Shown: in pieces, positions 12,650-27,774 of the stretch | Position numbering within the stretch: the first letter of the stretch is position 1 | Layout of the letters: each line of letters opens with the position of its first letter | Assembly: GCA_963575745.1 (NCBI GenBank) | Contig: CAUYUJ010000283.1 | Coordinates: forward strand, 1-64,000 | DNA from: Prorocentrum cordatum | Lineage: Eukaryota | Direction: 5' to 3' | DNA: 64,000 nucleotides | The notes under the pieces: generated by a model | Database searches by the model: none | What the model saw: only the letters and a program-made list of their open reading frames with translations | What the model was told of the DNA's origin: nothing | Translations under genes and position numbers: made by a program

Positions 12650-14800
12650 TCAGGTCCCTTGCCCATATCCCCTGAACCTCAGTCCTCAATCCTGGATTAT
12701 TTCGGGGTCCGGAGCCCAAATTACCAAATCTACCGGGGTTTGCCGCATTACGTCGGGGATCCGGCGCATCTCCGGCCCCAACACGAGCCCAGAGGACTAC
12801 AAAAGGCCCCACAGACGGTCCAAGAGGGCACCGAGTCGCCGAACAATCGCCCCAAACGCCCAAGATGGCCTCAAGACGGCCCCAGAAACCTCCAAGACGC
12901 CCAAGAGGCCTTCTAAGAGGGCCTAATAGGCAAACGTCATTGATTTTTGACGGATTCTGGCGTTCTCGCCTTTTCGGCTTCCCAACGCTCCAAGACGGCC
13001 CGAGAGGCCCCCAAGAGGGCCCCAAGACGGTACAAGAGGACCCCAAGGTAGATGACCCAAGAGGTGCCCAAGCTGGCTGACCCAAGAGGGCCAAAGAAAC
13101 GGCTCCGAGAGGGGGCCCAGATGGGGAACCCGAGCGGACATTTCGAGCCCACGGCCCCGAGGGGCCCCCAGAAGCCCCCAGAGGCCCCCAAGAGGCCCCC
13201 AAGAGGTCCCCAGAGGCCCCCAAGAGGCCCCCAGAGGCCCCCAAGAGGCCCCCAAGAGGCTCCCAAGAGGCCAAAGCCTCCAAGAGATCCCGAGAGCGCT
13301 CCGAAGAGACCCCAAGAAGCATCCCTGAGAACTCTGACCCACAGCACAGGCGCGGTGGCGGGATTGGCCGAACGCCAGTAGATCCGCCGCCCCCTTTTGC
13401 TTTAGCAAAGGGGTGCCTGGCGTGCCAGATGATATGGCTTTTGGTTTTTGTTCTTTTTCCAACAGAACTCCCCCTGGGGCTTCGGCCCGTCCCGCCGGCC
13501 ACCCGGAAACTACACAAGTCAATGCCCGTTCCGCCCCAAGATGGCCCAAGATGGTCCCAAGACGGCCAAGATGGCCCAGGATGGCCTCCAAGACAGCCAA
13601 GATGGCCTCCAAGACGGCTAAGATGGCCCCAAGATGCATCCAAGACGGCCCAAGATGGTCCCAAAATGGTCTAAGACGGCCCAAAAGGCCCGTGAGAGGC
13701 CTCCAAGACGGCCCCAGAGGCTTCCAAGGGGTCCTCCCGGAAGGCCCTAAGAGGCCAAAATCATTGATTTTCCTTAGATTTTTGAAGGATTTTGGAATTT
13801 GCGCCTTTCGGCTTTCCGACGGCCCAAGGCGGCCCAAGAGGCCCCCAAGATCGCCCAAGAGGCCTCCCAAATGGCCCATGACGGCCCAAGAGGCTCCCAC
13901 GACGGCCCCAAGAGGGCCCGAAGACGGCCCAAGAGGCCTCCAAGACGCCCAAGATGGCCTCCAAGACGCCCAAGGGGCCTCCACCCCAAGTCGGCCCAGA
14001 AAGGCCCCCAAGACGGCTCCCGACGGCGTCAGACGTGCCAAGAACCCACCAAGATGGCCGAAGTTGGCTCGAAGCTGGCCCAAGACGGCCCAAGAGGCCT
14101 CCAAGAAGGCCTCCAGGAAGGCCAGAAGAGGCCAAAAACATCGGTTGTACCTGAAGTATTTGACGGATTTTGACATTTGCTTCTTCTCGGCCTTCCGACG
14201 GCCCGAGACGGCCCCAGAGCCCCCAAAGATCGCCGAAAGATCGCCCAAGAGGCCTCCAAGATGGCCCCAGAACGGCCCAAGAGGGCCCCAAGAGGCCCCC
14301 AAGACGGCACAGGAGGCCTTTAAGACGCCCAAGATGGCCTCCAAGACGACCCTGGAGCATTCCAAGAGGGCCCCAAGTCGGCTCATAGAGGCCCTCACGA
14401 AGGCCCATAAAGGTCAAACATTGATTTCCCGTGAATGCTTGGAGAATTGTGGCATTTGTTGTTTTCGACCTTCCGACGACCCGAGACGGCCCAAGAGGCC
14501 CCAAAGATCGCCCAAGAGGTCTCCGGTCCCAGAACGGCCCAAGAGGCCCCCAAGACGGCCCCCAAGACGGCCCAAGAGGCCCCCAAGACGCTCAAGATGG
14601 CCTCCAAGACGGCGCTGGAGCACCCCAAGAAAGCCCCAAGTCGGCCCAATAAGGCCCCCAAGACGGCTTCCGACGGCGTCAGACGGGCCAGGAGCCCACC
14701 AAGACAGCCAAAGAGCCCCCGAGAAGCCCCCAAAGGTCCAAGAGGCTCCCAGGAAGCCCCCAGGAGGCCCCAAGAGTGTCCCCAGAGGCTCCCAAGATGC
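12650..14800 (+). repeat. Dispersed CCAAGA-rich (GGCCCCCAAGA, ~10-11-bp subunit) repeat family, several abutting copies
   Basis: Dense GGCCCAAGAGGCCCCCAAGACGG subunits with recurring T-rich spacers; hairpin CCCCTTTTGCTTTAGCAAAGGGG near 13392-13414; same family at 24050-24690, 28520-30120 and 30650-30780. Confidence 0.8.
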
Positions 14801-15244
14801 CCCCTCCTCCTCCTCCTCCTCCTCCTCCTCCTCCTCCTCCTCCTCCTCCTCCTCCTCCTCATTCTCCCCCTCCTCCTCCTTCTCCCCCTCCTCCTCCGCC
14901 TCCTCTTGATCTTCCCCGCCATCCTCCCCCAAGTGTTCCCCGAAGGGTATCCACAACGGTTGGGGGGAACACATGGCCCGATACCTTGGCAGAGTTTTTG
15001 CCACAACGCTCGGCCGCATGGGCGATTCTAGAAGGCGGGGGGCGGCGGTGATTCGCCGTAGGCGTCTTCGACCGCGAGCGTGTCTTATCCGGCGTTTCGA
15101 CATTGAGCGGAAGGGGAGGGGAGGGGCGGGGGGGCTCTGGACCTCTGCTTGCTGCGGCTGTTTGCAGCAGTGCGTCCAATAAGGGAGGGACTCCACCTGC
15201 CCGAGACAGGCGCCAGAAACAGCCAAGATCGACTCCATGCGGGT

Positions 15245-15510
15245 GGGCAGGGGGGGGTGCGAGGGCCCGCTCCGATCGGCAAACAATGAATAAAACAACG
15301 AGCACCTCATCCATGGGGGGTAGGGAGGGGGGGTGCGAGGGCCCGCGCCAATCGGCAAAACAAATGAGTAAAACAACGACCACGTTTTGCACCCTCATCC
15401 TCATCCATGGTGGGTGGGGAAAGGGGGGGGGGGGGGGGGCGAGGGCCCGCGCCGATCCGCAAACCAATGAGTAAAACAACGACCACGTTTTGCACCTTCA
15501 TCCTCATACT
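15245..15510. repeat. Three-copy ~80-105-bp tandem repeat
   Basis: GGGGG(T)GCGAGGGCCCGC...CAAA...ATGA.TAAAACAACGA.CAC repeated three times. Confidence 0.8.
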
Positions 15511-15659
15511 CGCCGTCGATGCCTACCTTCTGCTGGGCGCAACGCCCGTCGAGGCACGGCCTCGGGCATCGCTGCGGCAGCGCCAGGGCGACGAGACCCA
15601 CGCGCAGCCCCCAGGCTGCCTGGGCCCAGCCCCAGGCTGCCTGGGCCCAGCCTCATCCT

Positions 15660-15907
15660 CATCATCATCCTCTCTCCCTCCTCCCTCCCTCCCTCCCTCC
15701 CTCCTCCTCCTGCTCCTCGTCATCCTCATCCTCCTCATCCTACTCATAACTCTTCCTCCTCCTCTTCCTCCTCCGCCACCTCCTCCTCCACGACCTCCTC
15801 CTCCTCCTCCGCCACCTCCTCACCGACCTCCTCCTCATCATCCTCCTCACCTCCCTCCTCCTGCTCTTCCTCCTCCTCCTCATCATCATCATCAGCATCA
15901 GCAGCAG

Positions 15908-15943
<36 letters not shown>

Positions 15944-16965
15944 AATCATCATCATCATCACCATCATCATCACCATCAGCATCAGCACCACCATCAACAT
16001 CATCAGCAGCAGCACCACCACTACCATCACCATTGCCATCATCATCATCACCACCACCACCACTAGCACCATAATCGCCATCATCACAACAGCCATTATA
16101 TATACATATGTATAATCAGCAAAATGTTGAACATCATCATCACCATACGCATCGTCATCATCATCAGCAGCATCAGCATCAGCATCAGCATCAGCATCAT
16201 CATCATCATCATCAGCATCATCATCATCATGATCAGCATCAGGAGCATCAGCATCATCGTCCTCATCCTCATCCTCATCCCCATCGTCCTCCACGTCATC
16301 ATCATCGTCATCATCATCATGAACATCATCACCATCATCGTCATCACCATCATCATCATCACCACCACCATCATCATTACCATCAGTAGGAACATCGCCA
16401 TCATCGTCATCACCGTCATTCCACCACCACTATAAGCATTGGCATCATTGTCAGAAACATCAGTGCCATCATTGTCATCATACGCAATATCACCATCGTA
16501 ATAAGCAGCATCATCATCATCACCAGCATCATCATCAGCGTCATCAGCATGATCATAATCATCAGCATCATCAACATCAGCATCAGCATCATCAGTATCA
16601 TCAGCATCAGCATCATTCTCATCATCATCAGTATCACCATCAGCATCAGCAGCATCAGCATAACCATCATCAGCATCAGCATCAGCATCAGCACCACCAC
16701 CACAACAACCACCACCATCATCATCATCAGCAGCAACAGCATCAGCATCATCATCATCAGCATCATCATCACCATCGCCATCATAATCATCATCATCATC
16801 ACCATCATCATCATTACCATCACATCACCAGTACCATCACCAACATCATCATTATCATAATCACCACCATCATCATCATCAGCATCATCATATTCAGAAT
16901 CAGCATCATCATCATCATCATCATCATCAGCATCAGCATCATCATCATCATCATCATCATCATCC
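15660..16965. repeat. (CCT)n then (CAT/CAG/CAC)n microsatellite
   Basis: Directly visible. Confidence 0.95.
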
Positions 16966-19900
16966 ACAACATAAGAGAGGCCTCAAGACGGGGACAACGA
17001 CCTGACATTTGGAGCACTCGACCCAGGATGGCTCCCCGGACCGTCTGCAGGCCCACGAGGAAGTTTCCAGGACTCCTCGAGATGCTTCCGAAAGCGCTGA
17101 GGGAACCAACAAAAATAAGCCGCCAAGGGTTTTGTCAGAAACCTCGGGTCAAGAACCCGGGCGCAGCGGTTGGCTGAGCCGAATGTCGCCAGATATTAAG
17201 CAAGCGTTCGCACAAATACGCGCGCAGCGCAAATACGTCGCTTGCCGAGGCAATTATCACACGTCCAAAGAAATAGCCAGAGGAAAAGACGAGGGAAAGC
17301 ATGAAGATCGAACGTACGAACCACATTTGCAGATAATTGTCCAGGCCTGTTTAAGCCAGGTGGGGAAAACCATGACCTCCTGGATACAGTACGTATGGAA
17401 AACAAGCATACATCGGAATTGCGATGTCTATTTAAGTTTATGGCACAAGAAACGAGGAATAAAAGATCCTGGTTGTGTATGTCGAGGGGGGGCCGTCATG
17501 CGGGGTTGATGTACTTACGCTCGAATGTCGACCAAGTGAGGACGTCTTGAGCCGATCGAACCCACAAGGCAAGATCAGTCAGCATCGAATTGGGAAATCG
17601 GATCGGATTGAAACGTGCCGTGGGAAGGGGCTGCATCGGACCAAAATCGAAATCTAATCCGATCGTTTGCGCCCGGATGCACAACTACGTTGTGCAAGCA
17701 TCGGGGCACATCGGACCGCAGGGAAATCGAAGCCAAATCAGATCGAGCATAGGGTGCACTCGACGCCGACTTGGGTCGTTCGAGCCGAATGGGCCCTGGT
17801 TGGTTAAACTGCGATTCGGTAAATGCGAGTCCAACTGCCCGCGGATAAAACTGAATAGCACTTGTTTTTCCAAACTTGCAGCTTCGATCTGCATTGAAAA
17901 GATTGGCGGGTCGACTGCAAGTAAATAAACGTCTAACCGAAGAGGGAAGGCCAAGGCGAGTGGAGGAAAAAGAATCGAGGCAAAAGATGGTATGGCCCCT
18001 GGCGGTGAGGCAGAAGGGGAGGATTAATGAAGGCGCTCCACAATCTCAGCATGTTCTGAAACAGACCGTTTGCCAAACACCCCCTCTCTTCCTGCTCACC
18101 TCACCTGAAGTGCCGGCACCCCCGGCAACCAGTGGCACGGCGGTCATCAAGAGCTCTCTCATGCCGTTCCACATCATCACCTCGGCATGGGACGAGAGGG
18201 GAGCGGGAGGGGGAGGCTGCAAGGGGTTGAGGTGAAGGGGGTGAGGGGTGGTGGCGTGGGGGGAGGGAGGGCAGTATGTTAATTACCCAGAGACGTGCCC
18301 AACCCATACGCAACAAATGGCGATTATCAGCGGGCCCAGTCAAGCCAAACGGACATTGTAAGGGTCGTGCGGTCCTCCATGGAAGCTGCCTGGAAACTCA
18401 CCCATTGCACGCGATATGGTCGGTTGCATAAGCCCTGAGCCCACAAAAACAATGTCACCTCCTGGGGGTGCATCTGGTACTTCTGCCAATCCTTGGGATC
18501 TTCTAGGCATCCTTTGGAATTCCTTCGGAATCCTGAAAATCGGCGGCGCGGCAGCGTTAACGATTGTGCAATGACGACGCGGACGGAAGACCGTTACTTT
18601 TCAAATCGAGACTTACTATGGCTCCCCTCCTCCTCCTCCTCCTCCTCCTCCTCCTCCTCCTCCTCCTCCTCCTCCTGCTCCGCCTCCTCCTCCTGTAAAA
18701 CAAAAGCCCAGGGGCACCCGAGTTGGTTCCCACCTCCGTCACCAAAGGGGACCCTGGGCGTTGGGGTTATGGTCCTAGGCACATAACAACGGAAAGCGCC
18801 ACCTACCAGGCGCAGCCTCTTGGAGGACGGGCCCCGTGGCACTCCGCCTCTGAGCGTAAGCGATAATTCAAATAGAATTACGCAAGGCAAAAATTCAAGC
18901 AGGGGCGGCCTGGCAGGCAGGGGGAAACAGAGGAAGAGGAAGACGGGGCGTCGGGCGGGGGGCGGTCGTAGTGGTCGTCCTGGTGGTCGTGGAAGTCGGT
19001 GTGGTGGTGGTAGTCGTAGTAGTCGGAGTGGTGGTGCCTGCCGCCAGAGCTATGGTAATTGTGGCTGTTGTCGTGCTGTCGCCGACCAAATGGTGGTTGT
19101 GTGAAGGGCGTGAAGTTGCCGTGGTCGGAGGGGTCGTGCTGAGCGGCGTTGGAATCAGGTACCCGGCACAAGCCCCGGGGTGTGAGGCATGGGACAAGAC
19201 CCCTGTGTTAGGCGCCTGGGCTGGGCACGGTCACCGCCTCGAGAGGCGCTCAAGAGCGTGCGCGCCACCTCCCCGACCACGCATGTGGAGATGGTCCGGT
19301 GCAGGGTGCTCAGAACCTCCTGGCGCCCAGGCCCCTTCGGTGTTTGCTGCGCTAAAGAGTATCCAAGGAGCACAAAAAAAGAAAAGTTCACAATAAACTA
19401 CTCAAAACGAAAAAAGCGAAAAACAGAAGATGGACAATGGAAAAACCCGGGCCAAAAATAAAAAAAAATAGTACAAAAGATTCATAAAATAAATGAAAAT
19501 AAAAAAAAAAAACTAAAGAACATAGAAAACTATGAACAAAAAAGAAAATATAAGAAATGACAGCACATAAACAACAATTCAAAATAGTAAACAAAGAAAG
19601 GACATCTCACACCCCCCGCGCACCCCTCCGCCCGATCCCTTGTTTGGGCAAGGCACGCCCAAGTCTTCCCCCCACCCCTAACCTCTCATCTACTTTGTCC
19701 CCGACGGCCGTCACTCTCATCCCAGTCTCACATCTAATAGTCCCATATACCACTTGCCATCTCCCATATTCCCCCCGATACTCAAGCCCAAGAGCCTAGA
19801 GCCTGCGATGCCATCTTCTGCGGCGCTTAGGCTTGTTCAGCAAAGCCTCCTCAAAAGCACGATGTGACCCCTCCTCATCATCCGCCCTTTCCTCCCTCCT

Positions 19901-20468
19901 CCTCCTCCCCTCACTCTCTCCTCCTCCACCTCTCCTCCTCCTCCTCCACTGTCCCTTCCTCCTCTCCTCCCTCTCCTCCCCTTCTCATCCGCCTCTTCCT
20001 CCTCGCATACTTCCACATCCTCTTCCTCCCTACACCCCTCCCTCTCCCTCCTTCCCCTCCTCCCCCTCTTCCCCTCACCCACTCCTCCACCTCTCCCTCC
20101 CCATCCCCCTCCCCCTCCACTTCCTCCTCCTCCTCCTCCTCCTTCTCCTCCTCCTCCTTCCGGCTCCGCCTCTCCCGCCTCCTTTCCGTTCCTCCTCCCC
20201 TTCCTCCTGGCTCCTCGCTCCCTGGGCTCGCCCGGTTCATCTGCTCGAAGGCGACCTGCCTCCGCGCGGTGGGGTCGATGTGGACCTTCGGCGCGCGGGC
20301 CGGGCGGCGGACAGCTCGTCGCCGACGTCGTCGCCGCCACGGCCGTCGTCGCCGCCGCGGCCGTCGTTGTCACCATCAGGGACGTCCAAGATGCGAGGCG
20401 CGGGTGTATCCACATCCACCGCCTCGGGAACCGAAGTCATGGGACCCCAGCGGGCAGTGGACACGATA

Positions 20469-20626
20469 CAGCGGAGGCCAGCCCACAAGAAACCTTCCCC
20501 AAGAAACCCCTCCCTGGAACCCCAGGAAGTCCATCGATTTTCGGTGTGGGAACTTCACGCTTCCCATCGCAAAACCATCGGAACCCTGGAGGCAAGCAGG
20601 GTGTTTCTTGGCATGGGCCCCCACTG
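20469..20626. mobile_element. MITE family A, 158 bp, TA target-site duplication
   Basis: TA|CAGCGGAGGCC ... GGCCCCCACTG|TA, with inverted subterminal CAAGAAAC/GTTTCTTG; a TA TSD with CAG ends is typical of the Tc1/mariner/pogo group. Confidence 0.8.
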
Positions 20627-22179
20627 TATTGAAGCCCCAAGGGGGCCCGACTACAGCCACATCCACCGCCTGCCGAGGTCCCCGTATATCGATCTGCCGG
20701 GCGTTGGCTATGGATGGATCTCCGCCTCGGACCAGGGAGTTTGCAAAAATCATGGCCCGAGGCACGTGTGCGGACGCACTGTAAGAGAAAAGGATGCCAG
20801 AAAATCTGGGGAGAATCTTGGCGGCATCCACGAGGGAGGATTGAGCTTCTGCAAAAGCCGCGGGGCTTAGAACGAGGCACATGGGGCTCCTCGGAGGCCC
20901 GGCCCAGCCTCTGAGAAGCCTTCTCAGAAGCTGGGCCTGGCCGCCTGGCCTTTTAAGACGCCCCTCCGCCTTATAAGAAGCCCCGCCGCCTTCTTAGAAG
21001 CCCACCCCCCTCGCGTGACTCCCTCGTGGGCGCCTCCATTCGTGGTCGTCGTCGCCCCATCGAACGGGCCTCACCGATCACGACGGCGATACTCCAGACG
21101 AAGGAGCTCTTCCTGGAGGTTTTCGGACGGGCGCTTCCCAGCATCGGGATGCTCTCTTGCAACTGCGTCTCGTCGAGAGCGCTCCTGGGGTGCCGGAATC
21201 GTCAAGACCAGCCCAACGTATGACCCGAAGGCCTGGGAAGCCGCCGAGTCGGAGGAAGGCAAGTGGAGAACAACGGCGACCCCAACAGCGTTCTGCGTCC
21301 TTTCCGGGCAGCCTTGATGGAAGTTTCTCGCCGCCACGGCTGGAGTCGCCTCGGAAAACGGGTCAGGACTGACTTGGGCGCGAACTCATGGGGGGCGACA
21401 AATGGGGGAGGGAGAAAGGTGCCCTTTCCGGACCCTGGAGGCCCCCCCCTGGGCCCTAAAGGGCTCCTTTGGGGGCCCTGAAGGGCCCCTTCTCTGAAGC
21501 CCTCGCTGCCCCCCCCATTGATCGCCCGTCCATGAATTCGCGCCCAGTGGACCCCGGGAGGGAAAGGTCCGCCGACCGATTTCGAGCGGATTCGGGCGGG
21601 GCGGGAAAAGCCGCCGAAGGAAGTCTCACCAGGCCCTCCTCCGAGAGGAGAGCATCGAACATCGTCTGCATGCGTGCATCCTTTCTCGCGCCCGCGGCCG
21701 TGTCCGGTAGATTCTGACTGGCGTCCCAGTGGCGCGGAAGCTGGACGACCAGGAGGTGGAGTTGATCTGCGGAGAAGTGCGACGCAGATTCGTGTGCTAA
21801 GCTCTTTGAGCCCAAAAGGCTAAGGACCTTGCGACTGCAACGTTCAACTGTGCGGTTATTCGTCTGAACGCTACCTTGTTCTACTGGGCGCTCTGTGGCC
21901 AAGAAGAAACATAGAGACGCGTGAAACTGACAACAATGGAGGGGGGACGTCTTCAAAATGCGGCTCGCGCCTTAACGCCGGGCGCATTCGAATTAAAAGC
22001 TTGTACAACAGCTTCACGGATGGGGGGGCGCTTCCAAGATGTCGCTCTCGGGGTGGTGCCGCGCACATTCGTCTGAAAAGCTTGCATCCGTTTCACAGAT
22101 GCAGGGGAGGTCGTTTTCAACATCCGCCGTCCCTGTCGGCGTGTGAAAGACGCTATTACTCGACGTCGACGTCGCGGTA

Positions 22180-23500
<1,321 letters not shown>

Positions 23501-23659
23501 TCGCCTCCGTCGCGTTTGACCCCCTTTCTCTGGACCCGTCGCCGCTCTCCCCCCTTTCGCAGGGCCCTCCTCCTCAAGCGAGCCAGCCAAATCGAAACCA
23601 AAGCGAAATTGAGCAACGTCGTAGTTGAGTCGAAGGAAAGCCCCTTCCCTTTGGTCCCT

Positions 23660-23741
23660 TTCCCCCGGGGGGGGGGCCTGGAGGGGGGTTCCCGAGGGGG
23701 TACTGGGGGGGGGGGGGGTGTGGGGGGGGGGGGGGGGGGGG

Positions 23742-23781
<40 letters not shown>

Positions 23782-24030
23782 TGGAGGGGGGTTCCGACCG
23801 AGGGGTAACGTGGGGGTGGGGGGGGGGGGGGGCGGGTTGGGGGGGGGGGGGGGGGGGTGGGGGGGGGGGGGAGGGGGGGGGGGGGTGGGGGAGGGAACTG
23901 GGGGGGGGGGGGGGGGGGGGGGGGAGGGGGGGGGGTCTGGGGGGGCGGGTGGGGGGGGGGTCTGGGGGGGGGGGGGGGGGGGGGAGGGGGGGGTCCCGAG
24001 GGAAGACCTGGGGGGGGTCCCGGGGGGGTC
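23660..24030. repeat. Poly-G tracts
   Basis: Multiple long G homopolymers; run lengths are probably unreliable. Confidence 0.9.
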
Positions 24031-24049
24031 CCTGGTCGGAGTAGCATCC

Positions 24050-24690
24050 TCTCCAAGGAGGTCCTGGGGCCCAAACAGGCCCCAAGACAGCCCAAGAGAC
24101 CCTCAAGAAGGTCCAAGAGGGCGCCGAATCGCTGAACAGTGGGTCCAAGACGCTAAAGATGACCTCCTGACAGCCCAAGCGGCTTCAAAGACGCTCGAAG
24201 AGGCCTCCAAGAGCACACCAAGAGGGCCCCAACAGGCAAAATTGGATGATTTTCTTTCGGGTGATTTAAAGATTCTGGCGTTCTCGCCTTTTCTTCTTCC
24301 CGACGCCCTAAGACGGCCCAAGTTGCCACCAAGATCGGCACAAGAGGGCCCCCGAAGGTTTCCAAGACGGCTCCAAAACGACCCAAGAGGGCCCCAAGAC
24401 GGACCTAGAGGCCTCTCAGACGGCCCAGGAGGTCCCCAGAAGGGCGCTAAGAGAGAGCCCACACAGGAGCCCGAACAAACATTTCGAGCCCTCTGCCCCG
24501 AGAAGCTCCAAGGAGGCCCCAAGACGCCCACAAGCGACCCCCACGAGGTCCCAAGAGGCCCCCCGGAAACCCGAAGGGACTCCCGAAAGGCTCCCAAGAG
24601 GCCCCAAAGATGTTTCCAAGAGGCCACAAAACTGCCCCCCAGAGGCCTACGAACGCGTTCCGAGGAGGCCCCACTAAGCATCACTGAGGA
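24050..24690 (+). repeat. CCAAGA-rich dispersed repeat copy
   Basis: Same subunits as 12650-14800. Confidence 0.8.
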
Positions 24691-24779
24691 CTCTGCCCCA
24701 CGTCAGCGTCGTCGTCGCCGCCGCCACCGTCGTGGTCGTCGTCCCCCTTCAAGGTCGGCGGCACCGGCCATAAGGCCTT

Positions 24780-25400
24780 CCCAATTTGGCTCTTGCCTCA
24801 GCGCCACGCACATTCATTCTCAAAGTTTGCGCAATTTTACTTTGCAGGGGGGGGTCCTTTTCAAGGTGTCACTCTCGCCTGATCTACGCGCGCATGTATC
24901 TCAAAGTTCGCAGCGCACATTCGTCTTAAAGTTTGCAACACCTTCACGGATGGATGGGGCCGTTTGCAAAATGCGGCTCTCGCCTTCGCGCCGCGAGCAT
25001 TCGTATTTAAATGTTACGACAAGGATGGAAGGGGGTCATTTCCAAGCCGTGGCTCTCGCCATCGCGCCGCGCACATTGGTTCCCAAATTAGCACCAGTTT
25101 CAAGCACGGAGGTGGATTCCTTTTCAAACTGTGGCTCTTGCCTCAGCGCCGCGCGCATTCGTATTAAACGCTTGCAGCACTTCACGGATAGGGAGTGTAT
25201 TTTCAAATGTTTCGCTCGCCTGAGCACGGCAACAAGTTGTCTCCGCGCACATTCGTCTTGAGACCCTCACCAACTTCACGGATGGAGCGCGGTTCCTTCA
25301 AAGTGGGGCTCTTGCCAACAAGCCACGCACATTCGTCTCAAGATCTTGGGCTCTCGCCTGAACCCCGCGTTCATTCGTGGTTTCTTGAAACGTTTCGCAG
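24780..25400 (+). repeat. ~83-bp degenerate tandem satellite
   Basis: About seven GGCTCTCGCC...GCGCACATTCGT units. Confidence 0.8.
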
Positions 25401-26100
25401 GATGGAGGACTGCTAAACTACAACATGGAGTTATCGCTGGAGCCTTCGTTAAGCTTCAAGGCTGGAACTTCAACGCCTGTGGCGCTGCACGGATCCATGC
25501 CGGCTCTTCTTTCAGAATGGAGCTGTCGCTTGAGACTTCCTCGACGATTGTGGTCACAGGCGTAAGATTGCACAACAGTTACACGGATGGGATGCGGTCA
25601 TTCTTCCCGAGGGAGATCCTGCAAGACACCCCGCTGGAATGTATGACCGACGTTTTCCGCGTTCCTGATGACACGCCAGGACGGTGCGAGGCAGTTAGTC
25701 TTCAAAACGCCCCCGCGCCAAACTGACAGGCCCAAGTGCGCTGGTCTTTCCGGGGGGCGCCTGTTGTAGTGAAAAGGGCTCCTCCTCCTCGTCCTCCTCC
25801 CTCCCCTCCTCCCTCCCCCCCTCCCCTCCTTCCTCCCTCCCCTCCTTCCTCCCTCCCCTCCTTCCTCCCTCCCTCCCCTGACCTCCTTCCCCCCCCTCCA
25901 CCCTCCCCTCCTCCCTCCCTCCCCTCCTCGTCCTCCTCCCTTCCTTCCCTCCCTCTCCTCCTCGTCCTCCCTCCCTCCCCCCCTCATTCTCCCATTCCTG
26001 CCCCCTCCTCCTGCTCCGTGGGCGGGGGAAGGAGGGCGCGGGGCGCAGCTGCTGGCGGCACGGGGGCTCAGCACGAAGAGGAGTGAGGAGGAAGACAACT

Positions 26101-26265
26101 GAAGACGACGCCAGGACGAGGATAACATCGGGGTGAGGATGAATCGAGAATCTCTGAGATCTGAGCCCTGGAAGATGTATCGGGCGCCGCGGCCTTCTGA
26201 TAGCCTTCTGGAACGCTCTGGGAGCGTCCGCAAACGCTTTGGAACGGATCTGTCTTCGTCCTGGC
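26101..26265. mobile_element. MITE-like family D, uninterrupted copy
   Basis: GCCAGGACGAGGATA ... TGTCTTCGTCCTGGC inverted ends; the homologous copy at 55620-55960 is interrupted by MITE A. Confidence 0.65.
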
Positions 26266-26665
26266 ACTGTCCAACAATTGCCGGCGCGCACTAGGGGGTG
26301 GAGGGAGGGGGGGGGCGTCTTGGAAGGGGGCTGCGTCTTAGAAGGCGCCAGCCTTAGGCCTACAGGCAAGGCCCGTGCCTTCTGAGAAGCAGGGGTGTTT
26401 TTGAGAAGCCCTCCCGCCTCCCCCCAGCCTCCTCTACGCGTGGCTGAGATAAGAAGGAGGAGGAGGAGGAGGAGGGGGAGGAGGAGGATCGATGGTCGAT
26501 GGGTAGACAGGACGATGACGATCGAGAATGGCCCTTCCCCTTCTCTCCCCCACTCTTCCTCCTCCTCATCATCCTCCTCATCCTCCTCCTCCTCCTCCTC
26601 CTCCTCCTCCTCCTCCTCCACGGCCTCCTCCTCCTCCTCCTCCTCCTCCTCCTCCTTCTTCCTCC

Positions 26666-26733
<68 letters not shown>

Positions 26734-26757
26734 GTCATCATCATCAGCATCATCATC

Positions 26758-26788
<31 letters not shown>

Positions 26789-26944
26789 GCATCATCATCA
26801 TCAGCATCATCATCATTTTCCTCCTCCTCCTCCTCCTCCTCCTCCTCCTCCTCCCTTCCTCCTTCTCCTCCCCTTCCTCTACCTCCTCCTCCCGTTCCTC
26901 TTGCCTTATACACAACTTCTCCCTCTCGAACCCCGAGGCAAGTT

Positions 26945-27750
26945 TTGGGGCGGGCTGGGCGTTTCGCCTGAGACTTCCTTGCCACTTAAGACTCTGCAGC
27001 GTAAAGATTGGCAACAGCTTCACCGATGGATGGCGGGTGGTTTTCAACATGTGGGTCTCGCCCTAGCGCGGCGCACATTCGGTTTAAACATGTGCAAGAG
27101 CTTCACGGATGGAGTACGGGTCGTTTTCAAAATGTGGCGCTCGCCATTGCGCGGTGCACATTCGTTCTTTATGTGCAAGATCTTCACAGATTGAGGACGG
27201 TTCCTTTCAAGCATGCGGCTCTCGCCTTGGCGCGGCGCACATTCGTTTCAAACATGTGCAAGAGCATCACGGATGGAGGGCGGGTCGTTGTCAAAATGTG
27301 GCTCTCGCTTTAGCGCTGTGCACATTCGTTATGTATCTACGTATACAAACAATAACATGATTCCACTTTTTCAGGATTGTTCCTTCAAAACATGTGGCCC
27401 TCACCTTAGCGCCGCGCACACTCGTGCAAACACTTGCAAGGGTTTCACATATTCCCATCCTCAACGTACCAGCAATCTAATGTTTTGAAAGGGTTCAGGA
27501 TTATGCGGGTGCAACAATTATGTGGATGCGCTGTGTTGACGTCCCAGAAATGGCGTCCTGGTACGATTCAGGGTCGTCAAGGCGCAACAGTCAGGTTGAT
27601 CCGTGGCGTTGGAATCCCGAAAGCAATGTTTTGGCATGATTCAGGGTCGTCAAGCGGTTGTCTTCCAACGAGGCAGTTCCCCCAATGGAAATGAACCGTT
27701 GCAGGGGCCTGTGAAGAGGGAGCTTGGAGGGAAGGTTGATTTCAACATCG
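26945..27750 (+). mobile_element. Dispersed element with internal ~83-bp tandem units
   Basis: Same head, array and tail as 10045-10670 (-) and 42965-43720; GCACATTC recurs at 27073, 27156, 27237 and 27320. Confidence 0.65.
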
Positions 27751-27774
27751 CTGATGCCTCTTGGATTTACACTG

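Noticed and set aside
12609..15031. 350-500-aa Pro/Arg/Lys-rich ORFs on both strands
   Set aside because: They arise from the GGCCCCCAAGA repeat and are open in multiple frames on both strands
21628..21768. Possible minus-strand host exon (CCGCAG acceptor, GTGAGA donor); similar candidates at 1598-1790 and 11900-12060
   Set aside because: Splice-like signals only; no recognisable domain or linkable frame
23660..24030. Poly-G region as a Gly/Pro-rich gene or functional G4 locus
   Set aside because: Homopolymer lengths are unreliable and the adjacent sequence looks low quality; no supporting context
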